Positions 23,043 to 35,660 of a DNA stretch of 64,000 nt are shown one piece after another (positions within the stretch are counted from its first letter, which is position 1; every line of letters begins with the position of its first letter). The translations under genes were made by a program, and so were the position numbers. Origin of the DNA: Mytilus edulis (Eukaryota); NCBI RefSeq assembly GCF_963676685.1, contig NC_092348.1:80848001-80912000 (forward strand). The letters are read 5' to 3'. Under the pieces are notes generated by a model. The model ran no database searches, was not told where the DNA came from, and saw only the letters and a list, made by a program, of their open reading frames with translations.

Positions 23043-25682
23043 TGCTCGCTTCACACTGTCCCGATTTTTACGCCGATGGCAACACGATAATAGAAATTTT
23101 TAAAATCGGGGCTGATCGTATCCAAATCGGGCTATTCGTAGTGCCATCTTTAACCATCTTTAACCATCGGCCACTTTTTCTAGCCTTCGGGGACAACTTC
23201 GGGAAGGGTTCTAAATTTTTTAACATGTTAAAAAATCCCAGAAGGTGCGCCCGATGTTGAGGGTTCGTATTGAGTTCGTATCACCATCCTCAATATCGTA
23301 ATGTCACCGGGAATGCATCTTTGCACATCGTATTGCATTCGTGTTTCAATCGTTTCCATCGGGCAGTTTTGACATTACGATGTCTACACGAATGAATCAC
23401 GAAGGTACCCGAAGGTCTTACGATGGTAACACAACTTCGTGAAGACCTCGTAATCCCGTCGTGTTGCCATCGAATAAAAGTACGAAGGCGACAAGATGGA
23501 ACTACGACGGCAATAAATCCAGCTAAATGTAAGTTAATTTTCGCTCTAAAATACATTTAAAGTGCCATGCGCGATATACACTGGTCAGTCCAATACGACA
23601 GTTAAGAAAGACGTTCACAAAACATGGAGCTCATATCATATGATTCTATGAGCACAAGAAAGGCGACAGCGTTGTTTCTATTAATTCAAATGGAACAAGA
23701 AGAGCAGCTATTACAGGCTCAGGATTTACTTTTACAAGTAAAATATTATTTTTTGTCAATTTTTTATATCAAGTAACATAATTAAAGGTGACAAAGAATT
23801 TGGAGTTTTTAATTTATATTAGACAATGTCGGAACATATTCAATTTCTTCTATTCACAACAACAACACGAAAAGACAAAAACGTTAGTTATGATAAGAGC
23901 GATATGTTCAGGCCTTTTCCATCTGGTTTGTTTCATATCATTACATGCTGGGGTTCCTTTAAATAAACGCGCCTCGTACACCAACACTGCAGGTACACGT
24001 ATATAGGGAAACCAACTTTTTTTTCATTATTCTGATTTTTTATGTATCGTCTGAGTTGTTGTCACACGAATGTTTACTACATAACCATTTTTTTTTCTAT
24101 ATGTCATATTTTGCCGCCTTTGTTGCTTTCCCCACATCCTTCCTTTTGTCTATATTATTGTGATATTCTCCTGGAAAGAGCTCTTTTTGAATAAAAGGGA
24201 TCAACGAACCCATTACCTTACCTTTAAGATAGATCAGTAAACATGGGCATAATTATGGGTGATTATTCAGACTAGTGCGCACATTTTACAGTTCAAACAA
24301 GGCAATGCCGAGCGTGGCATCCCCTCGTATGTAACATATTGGGGACAAATATGGACACTATATTTCTATATGACACATGCAGAAAAAGGTAAATTGAATA
24401 TGCATATTTGATACATAAACTATTTTTATGCCCCACCTACGATAGTAGAGGGGCATTATGTTTTCTGGTCTGTGCCTCCGTTCGTTCGTCCGTTCGTCCG
24501 TTCGTTCGTCCGACTTCAGGTTAAAGTTTTTGGTCAAGGTAGTTTTGATGAAGTTGAAGTCCAATCCACTTGAAACTTATTACACATGTTCCCCATGATA
24601 TGATCTTTCTAATTTTAATGCCAAATTATAGTTTGACCCCAATTTCATGGTCAACTGAACATAGAAAATGAAAGTGCGAAGTTCAGGTTAAAGTTTTTGG
24701 TCAAGGTAGTTTTTGATGAAGTTAAAGTCACAACTACTTGAAACTTAGTACACATGTTCCCTATGATATGATCTTTCTAATTTTTATTCCAAATTAAAGT
24801 TTTGACCCCAATTTCACGGTCCACTGAACATGGAAAATTATAATGCGAGTGGGGCATCCGTGTACTATGGACACATTCTTGTTTTAGAAATCAACCAAAA
24901 CATTTAGTAACTGGAAATACCTTTAATATTGTCTTTAGAACCAGCCGGTAAAAAATTAGCAACCAATTTCCTGTGTATTATACTATTTCAAGGAGAAAAA
25001 ACAAGTCCATCTGCATGACCTTGACCTTTGGCCTTGAACGTAAAAAATGTCAGATCATTACAAGGAGGAACACTATACCAAATGTGGTTAAAATCTTTTG
25101 AAGCATATTGGTTTTAGAGTGTCCACAAGGGTGATATTGCCTTGTATTACAACTGCCACTGTGACCTTGACCTTTGAACTTTAAAGTCAATAGCGCTTAA
25201 GATATTCTTAACGAGTAACACCATACCAAGTTTTGAGCATTTTGGTTCTAGAGTGTCCATAACAATTTTATCTCCACGCAACTTACATGTAGTAGGCGAT
25301 TACCCGCCATGCATGGCAGACTTGTACAGAAACGATATGTTGTCGAAATTCTGTTCGTATTTTCTAAACATCGTATGGCCATCGCGCCATCATCGTAATC
25401 CATCGTGTAGTCTTCGTAATCCATCGTACAGCCTTCGTGATCCATCGTGTAGGGTATGGCTGAGATATGAAGCTTAAATACCCGTCTTCGGTTAACCTTC
25501 GTATGTCCATCTTTTGCTATCGTATACAATTTCGGCACCATCGTATAGACTTCGTTATTCATCGTTCTTGCTTCGGTCACTTTTTGGTATTTTAACGAGA
25601 TCGGGACCAACTTCGTACAACTTACAATTTTAGCATTCGGGTGTCCATCGTATATAAAAATCGGGACAGTGTGACGCGGGCA
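23043..25682. mobile_element. Non-autonomous PIF/Harbinger DNA transposon
   Basis: ~37-bp imperfect TIR TGCTCGCTTCACACTGTCCCGATTTTTA / TAAAAATCGGGACAGTGTGACGCGGGCA with a 3-bp TTA TSD. The empty site GGGGTTTAGTATCAT is present at about 37705 in the paralogous unit. Confidence 0.9.
24423..24885 (+). mobile_element. HINE/Helentron-type element nested in the Harbinger
   Basis: SubTIR ATGCCCCAC/GTGGGGCAT, (CGTT/CGTC)n microsatellite, two ~168-bp core repeats, 3' hairpin and T-rich ends. Confidence 0.8.
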
Positions 25683-25906
25683 TTAGTATCATATCATCAT
25701 AAATAATATAAAAAGAACATAATCCGTATCATGCAAACAACTGATTTTAGAATAAATGTATTTATTTCCGATGCAAAGACCCTATGAGTGAAACAATATT
25801 AATACCAATATATGCAATCCTTAATGACTTGATTTTTTATTTTTGATTTTAGTATTAGCTTTATTTAAAGTTAATTCAACAGACTTAATGTCTTGAGTGT
25901 GCATAC

Positions 25907-27407
25907 TAGGCGAGTGACATTCAGACCTAAAAAATATTTTTAATGCACCTATCTAACACACAGCTATATTATATATCATTCGAAAGGAAAACATTTGTAG
26001 ATTCCATTTTTTCCGGTCGTAAAAGTGAAATATGGTGCATTTTTTTTTAATTTGGGTCAAAGGTCATTCATAAAAAATTGAAAGAATAACAGTTTTGTAG
26101 TATTATTGTCTTATTTGAAGCAGCTGATAATATAGCAAATTCAAATTTTACTTTACACGATACTATGATAACGTCTCCCTGATTCTTAGTTGCATACCGT
26201 TTATGGTTTGGCGAAAATTGACGTCATTTTGACGTTTTCACTCTGCTATAGGTAAAACGGTACTTTTTACAAAAACGACGTATAGTAACAAACATTTGAC
26301 CTTAAATGTGTTAATACTTACTATAATTTATGGTGTGCCATGCAAAATAAAAAAATATTTGTAAGTTGGACGAGTAAAAGGGAGAGAAAACAACGCAATA
26401 AAGAGAGTATAAAGTAGACTTTTGTCACATCAACAGTGACAAAAGTCTCCTATTTGTTAACAGCCTACAAACCGTGTCAAGATCGGAAATCACGTCTATC
26501 TTACATGTTTAATACAACCACAAGCAAAGTTAAAGAGAATATATGAATCACATTTTAAGTCTGTCCGTCCGTCAGTCCCCACTTGTTTGCGGCCCGTGTC
26601 GATTTAAATCAGGTAACTTATACATGTATACAGATATACAGTTCATAAAAAAAAACAATGATTTCAAATATAAAATGCATTGCTTTGAACTATAAAACTG
26701 ATGTTAAACACACTTAGTTCAGAGATTTACTATGGGATGACACGTGGTTCTTCATAAATTAAATCAGTTCTTATTTTGACATTGACATTGACATTTGAGC
26801 CGTCAAGTTTTCAAACATTATTTGATTCGTGCTTGTCAGGTTTGTGTCCGGCCCATATCTTTTCCAAATATAATAGGGGATGACCATAAACTAAAATCAG
26901 GTCACTGTGATATGGATCCAATCATAATAGAATCCTGCCCGCGACATTATATAGCTGCAAAGCTAAGGTTTACCAGACTTCAGATACAGAAGTCGGTTTC
27001 ACAAAAAAAAGTTAAGACAAGATTAATCGTAAGTTAACTGAACTTTTCATGACTTACGACTATATGTAGTCGTAAGATTTGTTGTAAAACTGACCCCAGA
27101 TGCAAAACTTAGAATGCGGTGATTTACAAACTAAAGTAAGGTCCCATGGTGACCCTTTTTTTTTGACATTTGGGATTATATACTTTACACTCACTTTAAT
27201 TTCTTAACGTTTTTTTTTTTTTTTTTATTACGACTGCATTTATTTTCACTCACATTTTGTGCAGTCAAAAGGTTTGCAGTTAAAAATGCAAGCATTGATT
27301 TCTTACCAGTATTCAAAACTTAGATCTTTTAACCAATCACATTCCTAGAAATTTAAAGATCAACTAATATGAACTCGCGGGATTTAGTTCGACTAAACCA
27401 ATATATA

Positions 27408-27442
<35 letters not shown>

Positions 27443-29991
27443 CATTCTGAAAGGAGTTTCTGTGAATAATTTATTTCTTTAAAATAAACGAAATAAATCG
27501 AATTTATTACAAATTTATTTATTTCAATTTTCAATTTTGTGATTTTTAACACTATAAGACAGTCGAAATTCATATTTTAAAACTGAGCTTGTTAAGCTTT
27601 TGCTTTACTGGAACAATTCCTGATACATCGCTTTACTGACATACTTCAGTGTAACAGACGCTTACAATGATTTCAGTACATGCACAAGTTCCCTAATGCA
27701 TATATTTTTCCTTCACAAGAACAAATTTATCAAATCCAGAAGAAAGTATGACGTATTAAGAACCCTCTTGTCATCCGTTCTCATACTTGGGTAAATCTAC
27801 TGCCGTATTTGTTTGTTATGACGCCATGTCTTTGTTTGCTAGCTTTCAGAACACGTAGTTTGAATGATGATGCACTTGGTGGTAGGCGTGACACGATGGC
27901 AATCTTTTTGGTTGGAAGTCTGATATATAGCTTGCTCAAATCGTCAAATTAGACTTATACATACTTATTTTTGGTTTCGGACACTTAAGAGTTTTCTTGC
28001 AGCACCGATCTACGTGTCAATATGAATTTTGTTTAATTTGTGATAGACCCGCTATCTATTGATGTCGTTAAAAGAGACTTTTCTAAGGAACAAAGATAGA
28101 TGATGAGCTATTTGAACCTGTAAGAGCATGAACTGCTGGTAAAGGTACATATATTTAATAAAAAAAAACTATATATGCACAATTAACATAGTGCATCGCC
28201 AACCATAATTCCCACTGGTTATAGAACTCGTAAACAGCACACAGTTGTTCCATGTCTAGAGTACAACGAAGTGTCAGGTCATCACTAACCCTCTGACATT
28301 ACTCCTCTTTAAAAATTGTTAATCTGTATTTAGAAATGAAACCTGAAGATATCATATTCATTTGATAAGTATAATTAAAAGACACTATGATCTCTAGATA
28401 CCAGAGACTAAATGCTTTGAGGTAAACAGCTATAGCTTATCGTATGGCCCAAAACAAGAAGCAATAGCCAACACTTTATAATAAACTATAAAGGTTCTAA
28501 AACATTTTTAATTAGATACCCAAAAGCTTGATTCATGCTCAAAACTAATTACAAAATCAAAAATCATAAAAAGCAACCTATAACGACAACCATAATGAAT
28601 AACAAATTAATTTGAAAGATACCAGGAATATGATCTATTGTTTACGTTAGACAAGCGTTTCGTCTACATCGGTGACGCTAGATTCAAGTAAAACTTCGAA
28701 GAATATTTAAAAACACGTTATCCTATTTAAAATACGGCTTAGGTAATATATATACGCCTGGGGTAGAACATTTATTGTATTTCAAATATCTACGAAGAAT
28801 TCAAAATTTGTCAACTGAATGAATAGATATCCCCATATATTAATGTATTTATAGCATGTCAACATACAGGCTCTTGACGTGACCCTAGCACATATACTAT
28901 GCTTCCTCTAAAATACTGACCAAATTTGCACCTTCAATAAGTCTACCGTATGCGATGGTTAAAAGGGTAGGAAATTTAAAAGGTGGACATATCTCACGTT
29001 AAAGATCATAGGGAAAATATCAGATTTGACACATTTTTACGTACTTTTAGTTGCAAAATTAAAATGTGCATTGATCCAATTGATAAAGAAGTAGTTTTCA
29101 AAAGTTATTCATAGTCACAGCCTTTTGTAGGTGCAAAATGACTAAGAATAATAAGATATTGTTTTTTTACAAAGAAAAAACGTTGACATCTCAGCTTCCA
29201 TGGTCCTTTGAAATTTTTTTTTATACTTTGCGTAATATTTGTACCAAAAACAAATGCCTTCGTGGTTATTCATACTCTTTTTCGAAGCGTTTATGTCCGT
29301 TTACTTGAGGGAAATTAACAGAGAAAGCGATTTCGGAAATTTGATTGAAAAGGGGGAGTGTGTAAAAGTGTATAAAATCGAGAACAATACAGTGATAACG
29401 ATATGTATTAAACAAGTAATTAACTTTTTGAATAATACGAACATCATTAATTCGGTTTCAAGTCGAAAATATCTAAGAAATGAAAAAAAATATGAAAATT
29501 GGCACCATTTTTATAAAAAATTCCAAAAATGTTACAAAAATCTTTTTATTTTCGCAAAAATTACTCCTTTTTTTTTGAAAACTATTTTTTTTATACATTG
29601 ACATGTTAAACGTACATATTTTATGCATTGTGACAACAGAAAATAAAGCTAAATGTTAATTTTTCACGCTTCAACATTCGTCATGTTCGTCATTTTTCAA
29701 TTTGGAATTATTTCTCGAACTCTTTTAGGTGTTTTTTAAGTAACAACAAACAAAAGAACTGTGTCAATTTTGTTTTTTGTCCATGGATTTATGAGTTTTG
29801 AACAGCGGTATACTACTGTTGCCTTTATTTAATTCAATTTTTACAAAAATTGCACCGTACGATTGTTTTACGACCGACCAATAAAGGAAGTTCAGATATT
29901 ATACTATATCATATAAAAAATTCAGCTGTGTGTTAGGTGGATGCATTAAAGTCACTAACTAAGCGTCTTTTCTGAAAATGTCACTCGCCTA
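25907..29991 (-). mobile_element. Academ-like DNA transposon with degraded transposase
   Basis: Termini TAGGCGAGTGACATT...AATGTCACTCGCCTA with a TAC TSD; empty site CATACTCAAGTCG at about 38380. Confidence 0.8.
27600..28240 (-). pseudogene. Academ-type transposase remnant
   Basis: Broken minus-strand frames give LPAVHALTGSNSSSSIF..KK (HALTGCD-like), IGAARKLL, SRLPPSASSFKLRVLKAS..TW and a Cys-rich tail ICSCEGK...CACTE...CYTEVC. Confidence 0.7.
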
Positions 29992-32220
29992 TACTGATGT
30001 CGTCATTTTTGAGAGCTAATATAACATCCCGATATCTGAAAGTATTATTTTATTTAGGTATCAGATGTTATTTCGATGGGTCTTTGCTAATTTCAATCAT
30101 ACATTGTAACTCATGACAATAAGTGGTGCACAGCTAGTTCCAATAACTTCACGATATACGGAATCTTCAAATCGAACAAAACTTTAATCAAGTAAAAGTT
30201 CAAGGGCAGTTATAGTATCAAAGCATGTCCAATTGACATAGTTCTTTTGTTTGTTGTTACTTAAAAATCACCGAAAAGAGTTTGAACATATATATTGGCA
30301 TTATGTCTGTTTAAATGCCAATATAATAAGGTGTGAATTTATTCTTAATCAAAATATAAGTTTAAGTTGTATATAGGGTATAAAAATCAAAACTTTGAGC
30401 AGATTCAAATCACCAATATAAGCATGCAATTTATCTTGGATAATACTTTCTTGATATTTTTTTTTATCTATTATTCATATTTCAAGAAACACAAATGTAT
30501 TTTGAAAACCATTTTTGTTTAGATGAGCATTGGCTACTGGTCAAATGCTATGCATGTAGACCCAAGTCATCTATGAGTGTTCTGCTTCTAAGAATTCTTT
30601 ATCGTCTATTCATGTGTGTCTTTCTTATTGATAAAAAATGACCGCCTATTATAGGCAAAAACACCAATAACCATGCATACAGTCTTCTACTTATTTAGAG
30701 AAAGGAAAGTTGCTGTCTAAATTGTGCTTAAAATATTGCTGACCTTGTTTCCTAATTACATAAGAAATGTCACCTTTAATCATTTGCAAAAACTATCTAC
30801 TCGTGAATGGTTAATAGATACCTGTGCAATATTAAGGGGTAGCATTTTCTTATTGCATTTTCGTTTTGATATCCGAAAGCTGCAATCTTTGAAGGCGCAA
30901 ACGAAAATCAATGAATCACCCCAAATTATTTATTTCTTAACGATAAAAACTGCGTAAAGAGTACATGAAATTCCCGAATGCTAGTAAAACTAGTGTTTGG
31001 AAAGCTTCAGTGTAATATGTCAACGTACTTTGGCAGTGCAATGATAAACTAGCAAAATTAATATTTATGTTTTATATTTCGCGTATCACATTTCTTTTTA
31101 CAATTACAATGCATAGAATTTTACAATTTTTATCAGAATTGTAGCAGTTTACATTTGTTTCTTCATTGTTATGCACTAAAGTTCACACGATATTTATGTG
31201 CTTCTCAAGAAATCACTGGTTTCTTAATTCTTCTAGTTTCTTTCATTACTGGCACCTTTCACTACACTGAAATAATATAACACATTCAATTAAGAAAACA
31301 ATATGAAACATAAACTTAAAGGAGCATATATATTGTATCTCTGTATTAGACTTGAAATATTTTCATTAAAAAAAAAGAAGATGTGGTATGATAGCCAATG
31401 AGTCAATTCTCCACAAGAGACAAATTGACATAAAAATTAACAACTATAGGTCACCGTACGGCATTGTTTGTTTAGTTTGAGTGTTTATTGTGGTTAAATT
31501 TTAACAATAATTCGAGAAGTTTGGTAAATGTAAGTGAGACAATAACTCAACAGTCAAGGTTCAAATAAAAAAGGGATAAGAGTGAAAGTCACGTATCGAA
31601 AAAAAGAGACACATGTATTAATCTCTGATACCTCTATGTGTAGTAATATTCTAATTATCATTTACTCTCTTTTTAACCTGACAATATGTTTTTTTTTTCT
31701 CCGTCATTTTATACCCATACAAACTATTACAATGATAACCATGATCATAATTACACAAATAAATGCATAAAGATTAAACAAAACTACAAAAATCTACAAT
31801 AATCTGTATGTTAATGATACTTACATTAAGTTTAACGACCGAACAAACCATTGCCATTGTTGTTGCTCAAAAGGAGAAGCAAGACGAAAAACATCACTAA
31901 AATAAAGTAAATGTTACAATTAATATTCACTATTCAAATCAAATCAAATCATAACATTGTATTTCCTAAATAAAGGGCCCTAAACTATTGAAAATTTATA
32001 GGTCGTTTTCAATATCTTAAACTAATTAGTATAACTTTGACGCAAAAAAAAAGATATAGGCTATAAAATTTTCGAAGATTAAAAAATTCAAAGTACAATT
32101 GTCTATGTTAATTTATTTTAGTGAATTAAAGTTACATAGATAGAAATAAGAAGATTTTGTATGAGTGCCAATGAGACAAATCTCAATCCAAGTAAGAGCC
32201 TATCGTGAAGGATATATACA

Positions 32221-32604
32221 CTAATATATCATTGATGAAAGCAAGAACTTACGGAGGCCTCCACCTTGTCCGAACAGACCACCGTCCATCCCTCCACCAA
32301 TACCACCGGCCAGTCCTCCACCATAACCACCGGCATATGGACCAGCCAGAGCGCCTCCATAAACTGGGAGCGGTTGGTTGTGTGTGATTTCGTCAACGTA
32401 GCCTCCCTTCTTTCCATATCCGGAGTATCCATGGTAACCACCTGATTTGCCATATCCTTGGTAACCTCCCATTCCGTATCCTTGATTACCATACCCGGAC
32501 CATCCACCCTTCATGTATCCACCTCCATTGCCGTAACCATCAGCACTAACACAGTTCAGAGCAAACAGACCCAAGACGGCGACAACGGCAAGTGTGGCTT
32601 TCAT
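32221..32604 (-). CDS. Secreted Gly/Tyr-rich protein, copy 2 (127 aa)
   Basis: Near-identical paralog ending GLRKFLLSSMIY. The true ATG is at 32604, after the CAG acceptor. Confidence 0.9.
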   Translation of the reverse strand: MKATLAVVAVLGLFALNCVSADGYGNGGGYMKGGWSGYGNQGYGMGGYQGYGKSGGYHGYSGYGKKGGYVDEITHNQPLPVYGGALAGPYAGGYGGGLAGGIGGGMDGGLFGQGGGLRKFLLSSMIY

Positions 32605-33776
32605 TCTGAAATTCAGAAATAACAATTTATTATATCATCAGATGAAATCATCAGAATGACATGCAACTCTAAACGATATTTCAACATGTTTTATAATAGA
32701 TTTTGAAAATTAAATCAACATATTCATTTTTCTAAATTGAAAAAAAAACTATTAAAATATGAAAAATTAATGATTAAATATAAATGATACCCCATTTTCA
32801 TTCTCAATTACCCAATTTTCATTCTCAAATTTCAATTTTTTTTTAATATTTAGCATTATAATTGATCTCTGTATAAACTTTACAAAAATAAACAACATGC
32901 ATATCAACAACGTACGAGTTTAATAGGCACACACTTTTCTTCATCATCGGTATTTTTTTAGTCAGTAAAAAATAATTCTCAATATTTAGAAAAAATTGTT
33001 TTATGATTGCAACATGAAATATAACAATACCGTCCTCTCAATCTCTGTTTTGTCTTAATCTCGCTTTTTCGTTCTCGCTTGTGTGTGTGTGTGTTTTTTG
33101 AGTTTTTTTTCTAGATTGCTATGTTGTGCGTCAACCTTTAACATTACCCCTTATTATATATATCATCTCCATTTTTAAATATTTCTTCTTAATTCATCTA
33201 TTTATTTCTATCATATTGCATATATTGAAAAATACAATTTCATTTGAATTATTTATATTTTTGAAAAAAATAATGATTTGAAGATCAACGATATTTTGAC
33301 ACATATTATGTTGTTGTTTTGCCTGAGGATTTATTTGTAGAACATGTTTAAACCTTTTTAATTCAAGAAAACAAAATATAAATATTTTGAAAAAAAATAA
33401 GAGCGACAATACAATGAGTTACTTATTCTAATTATGAATTGAAATTTTATGTAATGATTTGAAAAATGAATAATTTGAACATCAATGATATTTTGAAACA
33501 TATCATGTTGTTACTTAGCCTGTGGATTTATTTGTAGAACATGTTTAAATTCTTTTTAATTTCAGGAAAAAGTATGTAAATATTTTGAAAAAATAAGAAC
33601 GACCATACAATGAGTTCCTTATTCTAATTATGAATTCAAATTTTATATAAATATTTGAATGATTTTTTATTTCTATTTTTCCAGACAAAAAGTGAAGAAT
33701 AATTGAGTATATATATAAATATTTTGATGATTAAGTTATTTTTTAATTGTTATTACTACACCTTTAGTGGACTTAC

Positions 33777-33830
33777 ATGTTTGCTTGGTGGGAACTCAGT
33801 GATAAACATAAAAACCTTCTGGTATATATA
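33777..33830 (-). promoter_or_regulatory. TATA box and non-coding exon 1, copy 2
   Basis: Same TATA/Inr/GTAAGT arrangement as 18315-18368. Confidence 0.75.
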
Positions 33831-34671
33831 CCAAAAATATTAATATGCAATGTGTGCTCATTATTACAAGTTCCGCTATAGACACATAAGGTTACAGATA
33901 AACTTCCATATTGATGTCTGTCTGGTCATTCGATAATATATAGTGTCGACATGTAAATTCTCCATTAGAAATAGGCAAATTTACTGATTATAGAAACCAT
34001 TCTTAATTAATGTATATAGATTTAGGAAGATGTGGTGTGAGTGCCAATGAGACAACTCTCCATCCAAATAACAATTTAAAAAAAAAAGAAAAAGAAAAAA
34101 AAAGTAAACCATTATAGGTCAATGTACGGCCGTGCTGTTTTATAACGATCTACATTGCATATTTTGTCAAAAAGTGTTGTACATGTTTTATAATTGTCTT
34201 TGAAAAGTAATTCCTCACATTTCTTTTTTTAATTTAAGAAACGATTAAAATATTAAAAACAGAAGACTAAATGTAATTTTTTTTAATATTAAGTATATTC
34301 ACCATTATAAAGGTAACAGTAGTATACCACTGTTCGAAATTCATAAATCGATTCAATGAGAAAAAAAAACAAATCCGGGTTGATGGGATAATTGATCTCT
34401 GTATAAACTACTCCAAAAATAAACAACTTACATAACAACAACGAACGAGTTTTAAAATGCACAAACTTTTTTTCACATTACTGGAATATAAGTAAGTAAG
34501 TGAAAATTCTCAATTTTTAGTACAAATTGTTGTTACATGGACGAGAAATTTGGTAGTGGAACTTTATTTCTTTTATATCTGTGTATACTTATTCTTGAAT
34601 ATTTATGTCATTTTCTCTTTTCTTTATTTTATATGTTTTTTTCTATCTTCTTTTTAGATATGTATATAATA

Positions 34672-35660
34672 TATACAAAAAAAATATTGACACCTTGTGT
34701 TTGTGGCATAACATCTTCGTCACAAGTTTATCGTTTTCTGTTTAGTATTAAATTTATATTTAGATCCATTTTGTTACATCTCGTGATCAATTTTATTTGG
34801 CAATCGCCAATGACAGTCAGCAGGGTTTACGAATATCAGTTGTTCGACCTGTAAGTCAAATGCGTTTTGTTTAAATATAGTTTTTTACCTTTTTGGTCTT
34901 TTGGAAAATGTTGTTTGTGCTGTATTTAGACCCTTCTACAACGAAATTTGTTTTACATGCACACGTATAAAAATTGCGGTTTTTATCCAACGCAATCATA
35001 GGTTTGAACGTAGTTTTCAATTTAGACTCATTTATATTTTTTCGTTTGGGCTTGTATCATATTTTCCCTCCGGTTTATATGATCCGTTCATCCTATATTG
35101 ACTCTTAAAATTCTAAAGTCTATCTAAAAATGAGGGTACCTTTTCTAAAAACGAGGGTACTTTTTCTAAAAATGAGGGTACTTTTTATATGGCCTTCCAA
35201 ATACCGTTTCGATCCCTAACATCACTGAAGAGACATTTATTGTCGAAATCCGGATCTGGTGTACTAAAACAATATTGTCACCGTATGTTTGTGGCATTAC
35301 ATCGTGGCCACAAGTAATTTTTTTTTCTGTTTAGTATTAAATTTATATTAAGATCCATTTTGTTACATCTTGTGATCAATTTTATTTGGCAATCGCCAAT
35401 GGCAGTCAGCAGGGTTAAAGAACATCAGTTGTTCGACCTGTTAGTCAAATGCGTTTGTTTAAATATACTTTTTCACTTTTTGGTCTTTTGGAAAATGTTG
35501 TTTGTGCTGTTTTTAAACCTTCTACAACGAAATTGATTTTACATGCATATGCAAAAATTGTTTTTATCCAACGCAATCATAGGTTTGAACGTAGTTTTTA
35601 ATTTAGACTCGTTTATATTTTTTCGTTTGGGCTTGTATCATATTTTCCCTCCGGTTTATA
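34672..35660 (+). mobile_element. Penelope-pLTR/retrozyme-like tandem repeat (~590-bp unit, about 1.7 copies)
   Basis: 34672-35080 repeats at 35260-35660, with a hammerhead motif at the unit junction. It is absent from duplication unit 1. Confidence 0.7.
35220..35261 (+). ncRNA. Minimal type I hammerhead ribozyme
   Basis: CAUCA-CUGAAGA-GACA(UUUAU)UGUC-GAAA-UCCGGA-UC^-UGGUG. It has the core CUGANGA/GAAA/UH, stem II GACA/UGUC, stem I CAUCA/UGGUG and a palindromic minimal stem III AUCCGGAU. Confidence 0.8.
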
